Virus record (IMG/VR): IMGVR_UViG_2706796139_000001
Span: 50,895-114,894 of that record
DNA length: 64,000 bases
Strand: one strand, 5' to 3'
Source of the DNA: Pseudotevenvirus miller
Lineage: Duplodnaviria; Heunggongvirae; Uroviricota; Caudoviricetes; Straboviridae
Both the position numbers and the translations under genes were made by a program. The notes beneath the pieces were generated by a model that did no database searches, had not been told where the DNA came from, and was given only the letters and a program-made list of their open reading frames with translations. Within the stretch, counting starts at the first letter, position 1. Every line of letters begins with the position of its first letter. Below are positions 9,084 through 19,034 of the stretch, piece after piece.

Positions 9084-9388
9084 AAGAGCTAAATCTATCA
9101 AAAGAAGAAGTTGAAAAGCGGATTACCGAAGGACTTGAAGTTATCAAGTCTATCGACTGGGGAAAGGTGATTGATTCAATGCCTGATATCCCTGATACGA
9201 TTTGCCTTAATTGTGGGCGATCCGTAATGGTTGGAAAGTGCTGTGATAATCAGAATATCGTTATCATGGACAGGAAAGAAGTTTCACCGGAAGTGTGGGA
9301 TCAGATTCAAGAAATCATCAAAAACCCACCGGAACCGACGAAACGTTTACGCGAACTTATGAGCAGGACACCACGTTATGAAAAATGA
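9080..9388 (+). CDS. hypothetical protein (102 aa) with CxxC...CC motif
   Basis: ATGA-coupled ORF containing ICLNCGRSVMVGKCCDN. Confidence 0.5.
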   Translation: MKELNLSKEEVEKRITEGLEVIKSIDWGKVIDSMPDIPDTICLNCGRSVMVGKCCDNQNIVIMDRKEVSPEVWDQIQEIIKNPPEPTKRLRELMSRTPRYEK

Positions 9389-9755
9389 ACCAAGTAAGAC
9401 TGTGCGCCTTATCCGTTGGGAAGGTAACGAACTCCGTTATGAAGACGGCGATCGTGAATTCGTTCATGAAATGCTGGCGCACAATCTGGGATTGAAAAAC
9501 GCTAACCTTGTGCAGATGCAGCAGACAGCAGATCCCGACACATGGCAATGCGTCATTGTTGAACTGAACCCTAACAAGGAATACACAGAAGATGAACTCT
9601 TTGTGCTTGTTCAGGACGTTCCAGCGCGTCAGAAATGCTTTATGATCGACATGCCACGGGAAAACTATGAGAACATCAAGAAAGCCCGTCAGAAGCCCAT
9701 ACACAACGTATTTGATTTGTTTATGGGCTATCATGAGGAACCGGAAACGGCCTAA
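9378..9755 (+). CDS. hypothetical protein (125 aa)
   Basis: Overlaps the upstream gene's stop. No recognised domain. Confidence 0.5.
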   Translation: MKNEPSKTVRLIRWEGNELRYEDGDREFVHEMLAHNLGLKNANLVQMQQTADPDTWQCVIVELNPNKEYTEDELFVLVQDVPARQKCFMIDMPRENYENIKKARQKPIHNVFDLFMGYHEEPETA

Positions 9756-10855
9756 GCCTCGCTTGTTTTGCTGTCGTCGTTAGTCGATGCCGCCACCTGT
9801 ACACATTCTAATGTTTGCAGGTGGAAATCTTTTGATACGTCACGAATACATTCAACAATAAGATACTTACCCGCATATTCATCACCCAATACTTCAATTA
9901 ATGCCCCCACTTTTACATCCATTCGACCTTGATTAATATCAAACTTAATCCGTTTTTCATAGCTGGACAGCAACTGACATTTAACCGCCTGGAATGGCTG
10001 GCCTTGTTTGTCTGGGTTCTGAAAGTTGGTATCATATACCGCGTTTCGGTTCATGGTGATCCACGCGTTCTCTATGTCTGTACTTGCGAGGATATCGCTA
10101 TACAGCTTTTTATCTGTCATTGAGAAGCTAAAGAAACTTGCATCACCTAATAATGTGGTGTTATCCTTATACGTAATGTATTCCGCTTTCGTGAATACCA
10201 AAGAATCACCTAAAAACGGGTTGCTGACGTTATACTTGTAAGCCTTGATCGGGGTTTGTGCGAGGATCTCCGTATTGCTTTTCATAAAGATACCGGAACC
10301 ATCTTCCCACAAATAACAGAAGTCGGACGAATCAACACTCTGACCGTTATCCCTGATGTAATCAAAAACGGTTTCATACGTCCCGCTAAGACATGCAGGA
10401 GGTATACGCACGTTTGATGCGTCTATGGTTGGCGTGATTAGTTTCTTATCATTGTATAGTGCCGTCATGCACTCTGTAATCGTCTGTACGGCGTTATTAC
10501 TGAACGAACGGGAAAACTTACGACGAAACACCGTATGCACCGGAGAAAGGTTTAGGCGCAATATAGAACGGTTCATATCATCCGTTTCTACGTTCGAATA
10601 CAACACACCATAGTAATGCTGTTCTAACGTCTGATTATACTGGAAGGATACCTGTATGATCGGTTTCTCTGTCAACTGATAGATTAACTGATTATCATAG
10701 ATCTGCATCAATGTTTCGGAAGTTCCATTGATTATGGTCTTCTCACTCATTGAGACAAGGGCAGGTAACAATTCAAGATAGACGTTATCAGCAAACTTTT
10801 CATATGTTGGATATAATTTAACCGATACGACGCGGTTTATAACTTTATTGGACAT
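9752..10855 (-). CDS. 27: baseplate hub protein gp27-like
   Basis: 367 aa. The N-terminus ...VSVKLYPTYEKFADNVYLEL resembles my recollection of the T4 gp27 N-terminus (recalled, not checked). Divergently transcribed from gp28 and gp29. Confidence 0.5.
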   Translation of the reverse strand: MSNKVINRVVSVKLYPTYEKFADNVYLELLPALVSMSEKTIINGTSETLMQIYDNQLIYQLTEKPIIQVSFQYNQTLEQHYYGVLYSNVETDDMNRSILRLNLSPVHTVFRRKFSRSFSNNAVQTITECMTALYNDKKLITPTIDASNVRIPPACLSGTYETVFDYIRDNGQSVDSSDFCYLWEDGSGIFMKSNTEILAQTPIKAYKYNVSNPFLGDSLVFTKAEYITYKDNTTLLGDASFFSFSMTDKKLYSDILASTDIENAWITMNRNAVYDTNFQNPDKQGQPFQAVKCQLLSSYEKRIKFDINQGRMDVKVGALIEVLGDEYAGKYLIVECIRDVSKDFHLQTLECVQVAASTNDDSKTSEA

Positions 10856-10915
10856 TAGACATCCTCCCTTTATTCTATTTACTAAATAGTAAATATCGGG
10901 ATACTTGAGGCGATT
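10856..10915. promoter_or_regulatory. divergent late-promoter-like region (TAAATA boxes in an imperfect palindrome)
   Basis: tatttactAAATAgTAAATAtcggg between divergent gp27 and gp28. Resembles the T4 late promoter TATAAATA. Confidence 0.35.
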
Positions 10916-11491
10916 ATGAAAAGAAAGAACACACTTGATAAATTTATGGTTACTCGTTTAAACATCAAGAACAGCAAGAACAAAGTTGTTACCTTGCCTA
11001 CTGGTGAAGAAGTCACGATCCCGCGTCTGGGTTATCGTCATTTCACCCAGATTAAAGCAATGAAAGACCCTATGCAATTACTTGATTATATCATCAACGA
11101 GATCAAACCGCGTGATTTGACAGCAGCAGAAACCGAATTTCTTCTGATTCATTTGCACTATCATAACGATGATAAAGCGATGGAAGCATTGAAAGAGATC
11201 GGGATTAACCTGGATGATATGAAAATCAGTGAGGCTAAGTATGAATACACTTTTGATAACATCAAATTGGTATTCAATAAACCGACCCTGATGCTGGATG
11301 AACTTTCATTACTGATTAAAGAAGCATACGACAACGGGAAACCGATCGAGCTTACGGACGAAAACCGGATTCAATTAATTAACAGCCTGTATCGTTATGA
11401 ATATGACGAGGTAAAACGTGGCGTACTCCAGGAAGTATATATTGTGCATGAGGGGAAAACCATCAAAGGGCTTAACATCATCGGTGAATGA
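10916..11491 (+). CDS. 28: baseplate hub distal subunit gp28-like
   Basis: 191 aa (T4 gp28 is 177 aa). Assigned from position between gp27-like and gp29-like genes. Confidence 0.4.
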   Translation: MKRKNTLDKFMVTRLNIKNSKNKVVTLPTGEEVTIPRLGYRHFTQIKAMKDPMQLLDYIINEIKPRDLTAAETEFLLIHLHYHNDDKAMEALKEIGINLDDMKISEAKYEYTFDNIKLVFNKPTLMLDELSLLIKEAYDNGKPIELTDENRIQLINSLYRYEYDEVKRGVLQEVYIVHEGKTIKGLNIIGE

Positions 11492-13221
11492 TAATGGCTA
11501 AAAATCCATATTACAGCGACGAACAACGTCGCAGGATGCAAAATCCACAACAGCCACAACCCACCGTTCGTAAGATTAACGCAACGTTGGATAAGGCTTC
11601 AATGAATGAATTGAAGGACATCAACAATAACACTCTTGAAACCGCGTTGAATACGCTGGATATCAAGGATGGTATGAAGTCCTTCGAAGACCGCTTTAAA
11701 GATAAATTTGCTGGGTTTAAAGAGCAATTCGAACAGGATCAGGAACCGCTTGCAGAACAGCTACCTGATTTTGTTGACCCCGCTCGACCATCATTAACCG
11801 ATAACAGCACAACCAGTGTTGATAACTCCGTTAGTGTATCAAACAACCCGTTTAGCAAGCTGGAAGAACATACAGGCACTATTGCAGAAGCAATAACCTC
11901 GTTCATTGCGCTGGCAAGCAAAAAGCCGGAACCCGCGCCAGAACCGGAACCCGTACCGGAAGAAGAACCAGAAGTTGATAAGAAGAAAAAGAAAATTCGG
12001 GATAAAGACAAAGACGAGAAGAAATTCAGTAAACGTGTGTTAGCATTGCTTGATTCAATCAAAAACAATACATCAGGTATACTGTCTCGCTTTATTGGTT
12101 ATTCTCTGGAAGCACTCGCCAAATTTGCTAAGTGGACATTGATTATCGGTAGTATCGTATTTGCGATCGACGTTCTGGCTAAGGTTGTTCAGAAATGGTT
12201 CCAGGACATTCTAAGCGAGGGTGAAGCCTCGAAAGAGTTGTTCGGTTCTTACTTCAAAAACATCAAAGCGCTGGCAGAGAAAATAAACGAAGGTTTGGAA
12301 AACTTCGATATGAGTAATCTGGGCGAATCGCTGAAAAATCTTTTCATGGAACCGTTTAAAGTTCTGGGTGATACGATTAAAACTGCTATCACTGAGGGTA
12401 TCGGTAATTTAATCTATGCTCTGGGTGAATATACTGGTTCAGAAACGATTACTGATGCAGGTCGCGGAATGAAAGTATCTGCGTTGCGCGACAAACAGAA
12501 ATACGGTTTGGAGATTGATCAGGATGACCTGATTATGCTCAAAGAGCAAGAAATCCAGGATCAGAAAGATAAAATCGTCGAAGCCCGTTCTAAATTGGTG
12601 GATCAGGTTAAAGCAACACAGGGCGCGTTCTCCTATGGATTCGGGCAGCAGACAGACGCACAAAAGGCGTTATCTAAACAACTCGAAGAAATGCGTAATC
12701 AAGTTGATCTCGAAGAACAGATTACGAAAGAAAAGGAAAAAGAACTACAGGCGTTGAAAGACAATCCTAATCTGCTTAAAGAACAGGTACAGAAGGAGAA
12801 CACCGAAAACCGCAAACGTGTTGATGATACCAAACAGATTGAAGCAGCACAAAAGCAAGCCAAACCAAAAGCAGAAAGTGAATTCGATCGTGGTGATGAA
12901 ATCCTGAATAAAGATGATATCACCGGAAAAGACAAAGAGTTGATGGAAAAGATTCTGGAATCTCTGGAAGAGAAGAACAATTCACAGAAACTCGATGAAG
13001 ATGATAAGGATCGTTATCGCTCGATGCTCGACCAGTGGCAAAACAAAATTGCGGTAGTTCCAGAAAGCAGCGCACCGATTGATAAACAACCCGAACCTGT
13101 AAGAGCACCAGTTGATGCGGTTGCTTCTAACAACGTCCAGGTAAACCAAAAAACAGTTAACAACATGGTACAACATTCAGTACAAAGAACTGAACGTAAG
13201 CCGTTGATTGCATTAGCATAA
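11488..13221 (+). CDS. 29: tail tube tape-measure / hub protein gp29-like
   Basis: 577 aa (T4 gp29 is 590 aa). Coiled-coil-rich with one TM-like helix (WTLIIGSIVFAIDVLAKVV) and a PEP/K-rich low-complexity stretch. Position is upstream of the gp48-like and gp54-like genes. Confidence 0.55.
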   Translation: MIMAKNPYYSDEQRRRMQNPQQPQPTVRKINATLDKASMNELKDINNNTLETALNTLDIKDGMKSFEDRFKDKFAGFKEQFEQDQEPLAEQLPDFVDPARPSLTDNSTTSVDNSVSVSNNPFSKLEEHTGTIAEAITSFIALASKKPEPAPEPEPVPEEEPEVDKKKKKIRDKDKDEKKFSKRVLALLDSIKNNTSGILSRFIGYSLEALAKFAKWTLIIGSIVFAIDVLAKVVQKWFQDILSEGEASKELFGSYFKNIKALAEKINEGLENFDMSNLGESLKNLFMEPFKVLGDTIKTAITEGIGNLIYALGEYTGSETITDAGRGMKVSALRDKQKYGLEIDQDDLIMLKEQEIQDQKDKIVEARSKLVDQVKATQGAFSYGFGQQTDAQKALSKQLEEMRNQVDLEEQITKEKEKELQALKDNPNLLKEQVQKENTENRKRVDDTKQIEAAQKQAKPKAESEFDRGDEILNKDDITGKDKELMEKILESLEEKNNSQKLDEDDKDRYRSMLDQWQNKIAVVPESSAPIDKQPEPVRAPVDAVASNNVQVNQKTVNNMVQHSVQRTERKPLIALA

Positions 13222-13232
13222 GGGAAATTTAT

Positions 13233-14318
13233 ATGAAAATCAAAGTATTACAAGACACTGTGCAATCATTTGCTGAAATAAAAAATGCGGGCATCCCCTC
13301 TGGGGGTGCTACAACCACAAAGAACGCATTAAGCCAGCCTATCGTAACAGCGGAATTTCCTTCCCAACGTGCAGCAGGTATTGATAACGCATATAACGCA
13401 TCAAGCCTGTATAATAACGGTTTGCTGTTTACTGCGTATGATTTCACAGGTGGACTTGCGCCAGGCAGTAAAGATAACTATCGTTCACTGCGTCAAGCAG
13501 CACAGAACGCAAAACAGATATTGAGCGCCAACACTGGGAACGTTCGATACAAACAGGTTTTGAATACCCGTACTATGGGTACATTGAACCCGATTTGTCA
13601 AATACTTTTACCACGAAGCCTGAACGATAACGAGGTCAACAGTCACCGTTACCAGGATGCAACCGATAGTATTGTTACTAAAGGTTTGTCCCGTGCGGTA
13701 TCTAACGTTATCTGGGGTGCGGTAGAATCCGTTTCTGGTGGTATTCTGGCAGACCGTAGGGAAGCAATAGACATTGGTACAAAAGCAGCGTTTCAAGGCT
13801 CCGATAAACGTACAAAGATGTATTACAATACATTCGTAATCGAAAGCCGTTATGACCTGCTTGAACTGATTAAAATCTATTACCTGTTCACTGTTCTGGG
13901 GTATGGTACAACGTCAGGCGGTACACCTGCTGAATTAGCCGGATTGGTTAAACAAGCATATAACAACACAGCGTCGAAAGTGGCAAACGTGTTTGCACCA
14001 TCCAGTAACCAGACAACAGCAAGCGATTTCAACGATAGCATCGGGGATCAGATTGTTGACTTCGTATCAAACGTTGAAGTTATCAAATCGCCTCCTGTGT
14101 GGTTTATTCGTGATTTCCAGACAGGTGATAGTCTACGCTTCCCGCATTCGACTTTCGGGCCAGCAGGTATTACCAGCGTTCGTTTTGGGCGTACTATGGA
14201 TAATATCGTAAATACATTAAGAGAGTCACCCAATACACCAATATCCGTTGAAATCGAAATTCAGTTTATGGAATTGATCGACATGCGTCAAGATTCTATT
14301 TTCGATGTTCAATACTAG
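13233..14318 (+). CDS. 48: baseplate tail-tube junction protein gp48-like
   Basis: 361 aa (T4 gp48 is 364 aa). Lies between the gp29-like and gp54-like genes, as in T4. Confidence 0.5.
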   Translation: MKIKVLQDTVQSFAEIKNAGIPSGGATTTKNALSQPIVTAEFPSQRAAGIDNAYNASSLYNNGLLFTAYDFTGGLAPGSKDNYRSLRQAAQNAKQILSANTGNVRYKQVLNTRTMGTLNPICQILLPRSLNDNEVNSHRYQDATDSIVTKGLSRAVSNVIWGAVESVSGGILADRREAIDIGTKAAFQGSDKRTKMYYNTFVIESRYDLLELIKIYYLFTVLGYGTTSGGTPAELAGLVKQAYNNTASKVANVFAPSSNQTTASDFNDSIGDQIVDFVSNVEVIKSPPVWFIRDFQTGDSLRFPHSTFGPAGITSVRFGRTMDNIVNTLRESPNTPISVEIEIQFMELIDMRQDSIFDVQY

Positions 14319-14326
14319 GGGGAATA

Positions 14327-15190
14327 ATGTTTTATAGCGTAGATGAATTCTTATCTGGAATGGCTAACAATGATTTTCAACGCAGCAACTTGTTTAGCGT
14401 TGTATTTGCCACGAGTCCAGCATCACGCATTCTTGATAGCACGATCGGGAGTATTCGAGATACGTTAATTGATGGTACAATGAGTTCCATTAACGCGAAC
14501 AACCCGAACGAGTTCATGAACGCTATCACGGGGGGTGTAAGCAAATTATTCAGCTATACAGTTGATAAAGCGATTATGTCCCTTAACAAAACAGGATTCA
14601 GTAAAATTATGGGGGCGTTAAGCCCTCGCCTTGTTACTTCCCTGTTTGGTGATAGCGTTTACGGACAACTGTTGACAGAATTCCGTGATAAAATGATGTA
14701 CAATATGGGGTTGAGTATCGTCGGTGTTCAGTTGCCCGGTAAAACACTGGGATATGAATATGTTTACAACGGCGGTGTACCCCAGATCCGATTTACCCGA
14801 CCGGAGAATGGAGAGCTATCTCTTACATTCCGTGTTGATTCAGAAGCACGTAACCTGAAAGTGTTTAACGAATGGATATCCGCTATTCGTGATGACATTA
14901 CAGGGCAGTTTGCTTTCATTGATGAAGTATCCAGCGCGATCCAGGTTAACTTACATAACCGTGATGGTGTTCCGCATAGCACATACGTATTCCAGAAGTG
15001 TTTACCTGTTAAGGTCAGCAGCCCTGAATTGAGCTATGAAACAAACAACGAAATCTGGACATTTACGGTTGACTTCGCATATAAAACGGCGTGGATCGTA
15101 GAAGCAGACAAAGAAGGTTGGGACGGATTCAAACAATCAATGATTGAAGGTGCAGCGGTTGCCCTTCGTGGTGTTGTATCAGGACAATAA
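14327..15190 (+). CDS. 54: baseplate tail-tube initiator gp54-like (gp19 tube family)
   Basis: N-terminal ...NDFQRSNLFSVVF matches the gp19/gp54 tube-family motif (FARPNLFQV). 287 aa. Confidence 0.65.
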   Translation: MFYSVDEFLSGMANNDFQRSNLFSVVFATSPASRILDSTIGSIRDTLIDGTMSSINANNPNEFMNAITGGVSKLFSYTVDKAIMSLNKTGFSKIMGALSPRLVTSLFGDSVYGQLLTEFRDKMMYNMGLSIVGVQLPGKTLGYEYVYNGGVPQIRFTRPENGELSLTFRVDSEARNLKVFNEWISAIRDDITGQFAFIDEVSSAIQVNLHNRDGVPHSTYVFQKCLPVKVSSPELSYETNNEIWTFTVDFAYKTAWIVEADKEGWDGFKQSMIEGAAVALRGVVSGQ

Positions 15191-15210
15191 GGGGCGTAAG
15201 CCCCTTTTGA
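15189..15210 (+). terminator. rho-independent terminator
   Basis: aaggggcGTAAgcccctttt. Confidence 0.5.
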
Positions 15211-15217
15211 GGTTAAT

Positions 15218-15961
15218 ATGATTGATGTAATTCGCGTCAAACTCCCTTGTGGGGTAAAACGTTTTCCTATGTTCACTGTACGCGATCAGTTGAGTTTCTT
15301 GCTCACCAGCGCGGATATGGAAGGGAAAACATTAACAGAACAGCAGCAGATCCTTGATGAAATTTTAGATATTCTTTATCCTGGGTATTCAAAAACCGAA
15401 CAGGAAAACATATTCACTAAGGTTTATTGTGTATCGTTTGGTAAGAACGTCATTAAGATCCGAATCAAAAACAAAGACAGTTACGCAGAAACATTCATGC
15501 AGGTCAAAGACTATGAATTGCAGAATGAATATGCTCTTGATGATTCTCTGACCCTGGGGTTCCGGTTCCCAAAACACAGAAAGAACAGTGAAGAATTGTT
15601 CCTTGAATGTATCCAGTATGTCAAGCAAAATGATACCCGTTATGAATGGGAAGCACTCGACGAAGACACGAAGAATGCTATACTTGATTTGGTATCTATC
15701 ACCGATATGGAAAACATTGTGAAGATGTTACGTAAATCCTGTCATGTTGTCGTTCGCGACCTTGAATTCAGTGATTTGCTTACCCTTTACAAGATCCTGT
15801 TTAACAAATCAGAATTGAATGAGTTCTTCAAGACAAACTATTTGTTAAATAAGAATGAAGTACATATTGAACCTATCATGAATGCAAGCCCGATGGAACG
15901 GTCAATTTACGTTGCAATACTGGCAGAAGATTTAAAACAGAGACAAAATACAAATGCGTAA
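15218..15961 (+). CDS. hypothetical protein (247 aa), possibly baseplate hub assembly (gp51-like?)
   Basis: Size and position next to gp25. No direct motif match. Confidence 0.3.
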   Translation: MIDVIRVKLPCGVKRFPMFTVRDQLSFLLTSADMEGKTLTEQQQILDEILDILYPGYSKTEQENIFTKVYCVSFGKNVIKIRIKNKDSYAETFMQVKDYELQNEYALDDSLTLGFRFPKHRKNSEELFLECIQYVKQNDTRYEWEALDEDTKNAILDLVSITDMENIVKMLRKSCHVVVRDLEFSDLLTLYKILFNKSELNEFFKTNYLLNKNEVHIEPIMNASPMERSIYVAILAEDLKQRQNTNA

Positions 15962-16511
15962 ACATACTCCAAAGCATATCCAAAAATATAATGTGACTTA
16001 TCGCCCGTTGACTATTGGTGATGTGAATGACACGGATAACTTCATTTTAGAAGGGAAGGTGTTTAAGCATCAACGCGATTATGTGTATCTTATGGCCTTG
16101 TTTGATTCAATCAATAAAGATACTGTCGATCTGCAAATCAAGTGTCCTGATTGCGGTGAACTGATTAAGTTCACGTTAAACCGTCATCATATCATGGTTG
16201 ACGAGTTCGAAGAAAAACTCTTCGGTAATGAAATTAAAATTGCGGTCAGCCCGTATGTTACCGGAAAAGAAGAATTACCGGATCTGATTAAGTTTGTTGT
16301 CATCGACGGCGAACAAATCTTATGGGAAGACTGCAAAGAGTCAGAAAAGGAAGCGGTATTAGATAGCATCGACTATCCGGTCTTTAAATCGATGAATACC
16401 GCGCTGGAAGCCCCAGCAATGGTCGCAAACATTCCGGTCGGGTGTTCGTGTGGCTATAAACACATAGTCTCTCTGCGTGGCTTAGAGGCGTTTTTAAAGG
16501 TGGTTGGATAA
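15954..16511 (+). CDS. hypothetical protein (185 aa), CxxC...CxC zinc-binding, possibly gp26-like
   Basis: CPDCGELIKF...CSCGYKH. Position immediately upstream of gp25. Confidence 0.3.
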   Translation: MRKHTPKHIQKYNVTYRPLTIGDVNDTDNFILEGKVFKHQRDYVYLMALFDSINKDTVDLQIKCPDCGELIKFTLNRHHIMVDEFEEKLFGNEIKIAVSPYVTGKEELPDLIKFVVIDGEQILWEDCKESEKEAVLDSIDYPVFKSMNTALEAPAMVANIPVGCSCGYKHIVSLRGLEAFLKVVG

Positions 16512-16904
16512 ATGGCTGTTAACCTTCGCTTACTATACAGCGATATCGATCCGAACCTTACGAAAGATTGGAATAAAGATGTTGCCGCCTCGAAAGGGGC
16601 GGCAGCAGTAAAGAACAGTCTGATCGGTATCGTTACTACCCAGAAAGGCACACGTCCTTTCGATAGCAATTTTGGATGTGAGATCGGGGAACAGATATTC
16701 GAAAACATGAACCCGCTAACAGCGGAATCAGTACGAACTTCGATTACCTCCGCAATACGAACCTACGAACCCCGCGTTTATAACCTTAATGTTGAAGTGA
16801 TCCCGCAGTATGACGAAAACGCGATTACTGTTACGATTTACTACAGCATCATTGATGAACCGGAAGAAGTAGAAAAAATCAAACTCCAGCTTTCATCCTC
16901 ATAA
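16512..16904 (+). CDS. 25: baseplate wedge protein gp25 (GPW/lysozyme-like fold)
   Basis: Near-collinear with T4 gp25: LYSDIDPNLTKDWNKDV...GTRPFDSNFGCEIGEQIFENMNPLTAESV...EPEEVEKIKLQLSSS. Confidence 0.9.
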   Translation: MAVNLRLLYSDIDPNLTKDWNKDVAASKGAAAVKNSLIGIVTTQKGTRPFDSNFGCEIGEQIFENMNPLTAESVRTSITSAIRTYEPRVYNLNVEVIPQYDENAITVTIYYSIIDEPEEVEKIKLQLSSS

Positions 16905-16941
16905 CAAAAAAGCCCCTTCCTTTCGGTTGGGGCTTTTCTTT
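16905..16941. terminator. bidirectional rho-independent terminator between convergent genes
   Basis: aaaaaagccccttcctttcggttggggcttttcttt. The same hairpin recurs at 55072..55104. Confidence 0.6.
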
Positions 16942-17419
16942 ACGCAAGGACAATGAATCCCATCAACGTTTGATATCTTAATTCAAAGGGGGTAATGAAC
17001 TGTGCGGCTGTTACAACCTTTGTACCCATGTACGTTGTAATTATTTCTTCGGTACGCAAGCGATATTGATACACAGTTTCAGAACCATCATAGACGGCTT
17101 CGGTGATTTCGAAACAGAAATTTGTATCATCAACAGCACCTAAAGCACCAATATAGTTCTTATCTTGAGAACCCTGGCGATCCAGTTCACGGATCGCAAT
17201 TCTGATGAAGATTGCAAGTGCTCGCATGAAATGGTCGCACTCCCATTCATAGCCGTTCATGGTAACAGAGCGGTATTTCTTACCGTCTGAATGGATATAG
17301 CCGATGTTTTCTCCACCGATACGAACGTTCCATACAGTACGACCGTCTTTCTGAGAACCGAAAGTAACCTCTTTCAGCAACATTGACATGATCCCGCACT
17401 TGACATAGTTCATATTCAT
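16940..17419 (-). CDS. hypothetical protein (159 aa)
   Basis: Last gene of the minus-strand early cluster. No recognised domain. Confidence 0.5.
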   Translation of the reverse strand: MNMNYVKCGIMSMLLKEVTFGSQKDGRTVWNVRIGGENIGYIHSDGKKYRSVTMNGYEWECDHFMRALAIFIRIAIRELDRQGSQDKNYIGALGAVDDTNFCFEITEAVYDGSETVYQYRLRTEEIITTYMGTKVVTAAQFITPFELRYQTLMGFIVLA

Positions 17420-17421
17420 AA

Positions 17422-17655
17422 TTAGCCCCTTTTAAGATTAACCAGCCATGAAGTTTGTGTTTCTAAGCCAACAGCTTTCCAATCATAGGCAACACTATAC
17501 CCTGAATAGGTTTGACACACAACAGCATTTTCGTTCAGAAACTTAACTTTGTGTTTCGCTTCCTCTTCGTTCAAAGCAGCGCACACGAAGTTCTTTTCAT
17601 ACACACCGCCATTAGGCTGGATAATGGTTTCTTCAATCAGATATACACAGTTCAT
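17422..17655 (-). CDS. hypothetical protein (77 aa)
   Basis: Tightly packed ORF. Confidence 0.45.
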   Translation of the reverse strand: MNCVYLIEETIIQPNGGVYEKNFVCAALNEEEAKHKVKFLNENAVVCQTYSGYSVAYDWKAVGLETQTSWLVNLKRG

Positions 17656-17864
17656 TTCATTTCCTTTTCGATTGCGTCGATGATATGGAGAACATAACCA
17701 TTCAATCTTTCGGCTTGTTCAGCGGCTTCGATCATACCGTAACGAGGAACTTCTAAAACGTCGAAACCTTCGATCGGGTTGCTTTCGATATCAACGATGA
17801 TATAGCTTTCACCGATTACCGCACCTTTTCTCCAGTCTTTTACGAATTTCATTTTAGCGTTCAT
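17652..17864 (-). CDS. hypothetical protein (70 aa)
   Basis: First ORF behind the PeSL at 17865..17944. Confidence 0.45.
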   Translation of the reverse strand: MNAKMKFVKDWRKGAVIGESYIIVDIESNPIEGFDVLEVPRYGMIEAAEQAERLNGYVLHIIDAIEKEMK

Positions 17865-17944
17865 TTTCTCGTTCCTTTTGTCTGTTCCGTTTCAACACCC
17901 CCAATATACAAAAACCCCTCGCGTTATGCAAGGGGTTTTTTCGA
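17865..17944 (-). promoter_or_regulatory. PeSL-like cassette (minus strand)
   Basis: Reverse complement reads aaaaaccccTTGCATaacgcgaggggtttttgTATATTgggggtgttgaaacggaacagacaaaaggaacgagaaaATG. Confidence 0.55.
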
Positions 17945-18595
17945 TTAACTGAATTTATTGTATAGGGTGAACTTAATACCCATATTATTCAGTGCTTTAC
18001 ATGTTGCTTCCAGGTCGCTAGGTGCAATCTCGACAACATACATTGCTTGTTTTAGCACAGGAACCGTTTCTGATTCTTCAAAAGATGTAAGGGTAGGTTT
18101 CACAACTTCCGGTTCCTTGACTACCTTTTTCTTCTGGTCGAACGATTCTTTGAACTTGTTGATGCGCACCAACATATCATCGATCAGTTCTGTATTCGCA
18201 CATTCAAACCGTTTGGTCTGTTCAAGCATACTTGTAATCTTTCCGTATGTTGTGCGTCTGGTAGTTTCCGTATACTTTGGATCTTCATAGCGATTGATAT
18301 TTTCGATAATCGCGTAAACATGCCCCAGGTTAGCACGGTCAAAATATGCGATAAGATGACCTCGCTTGAACACAAACATATACGGAACGTTGCCTACAAT
18401 ATAATGCGTTGCAGTTAACGCGCAATCCGAATCAAGCAGAAGATTAACCGCGTCGAAGTAAGGATAGATCTTGATATGAGTCTCAGGGATGCGAAAAACT
18501 TCTTCTTTGAAGTTCTTCGCACTTCTGTTGATCTCGTCCAGAGTCTTACCCATCATGGATGCAATGATTTCGATTTTTTTAGATACATAAGCCAT
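17945..18595 (-). CDS. hypothetical protein (216 aa)
   Basis: ORF with no recognised domain. Confidence 0.5.
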   Translation of the reverse strand: MAYVSKKIEIIASMMGKTLDEINRSAKNFKEEVFRIPETHIKIYPYFDAVNLLLDSDCALTATHYIVGNVPYMFVFKRGHLIAYFDRANLGHVYAIIENINRYEDPKYTETTRRTTYGKITSMLEQTKRFECANTELIDDMLVRINKFKESFDQKKKVVKEPEVVKPTLTSFEESETVPVLKQAMYVVEIAPSDLEATCKALNNMGIKFTLYNKFS

Positions 18596-18610
18596 ATTTC
18601 AAATTCTCTT

Positions 18611-18901
18611 TTAGTGCATGAAAGATTTTACGTACTTCAATATTTCTTCACGACATGTGTCAACGCTTGTGTTTTCGGCAATCATAGCATGACAAAGTAT
18701 CTCACCGTCAAGCCAAAACGTAAGCATGTATTGAATATCACGACCTTCTGTTGCTTCCTGATGATACTTGATTTTCGCGAAAGCAGTTTCGATACTTTCG
18801 GTTACTGTCAACATTTCGGAATCACCATCTACAGCAGCCATTTCTGCTGCATCGTCGTTATACGCGCTTTCCAGTTCTTCCCAGTATACTATCGTTATCA
18901 T
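18611..18901 (-). CDS. hypothetical protein (96 aa)
   Basis: ORF. Confidence 0.45.
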   Translation of the reverse strand: MITIVYWEELESAYNDDAAEMAAVDGDSEMLTVTESIETAFAKIKYHQEATEGRDIQYMLTFWLDGEILCHAMIAENTSVDTCREEILKYVKSFMH

Positions 18902-19034
18902 TGATTACCCCAAACATACTTTACATTTGCATAAAGGGCATTCAGCCTCTTTGATGCGTAGACGTTTCGTTGTTGTCTTCTTCGCCGTATTGTGATCATA
19001 TACATGAAGACAACGGAAGCAGATCACCCAACGT

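Noticed and set aside
11739-12068. Minus-strand Ser/Gly-rich ORF (109 aa)
   Set aside because: Antisense to the low-complexity PEPAPEPEP/K-rich part of gp29. The composition is driven by the coding strand's repeats.
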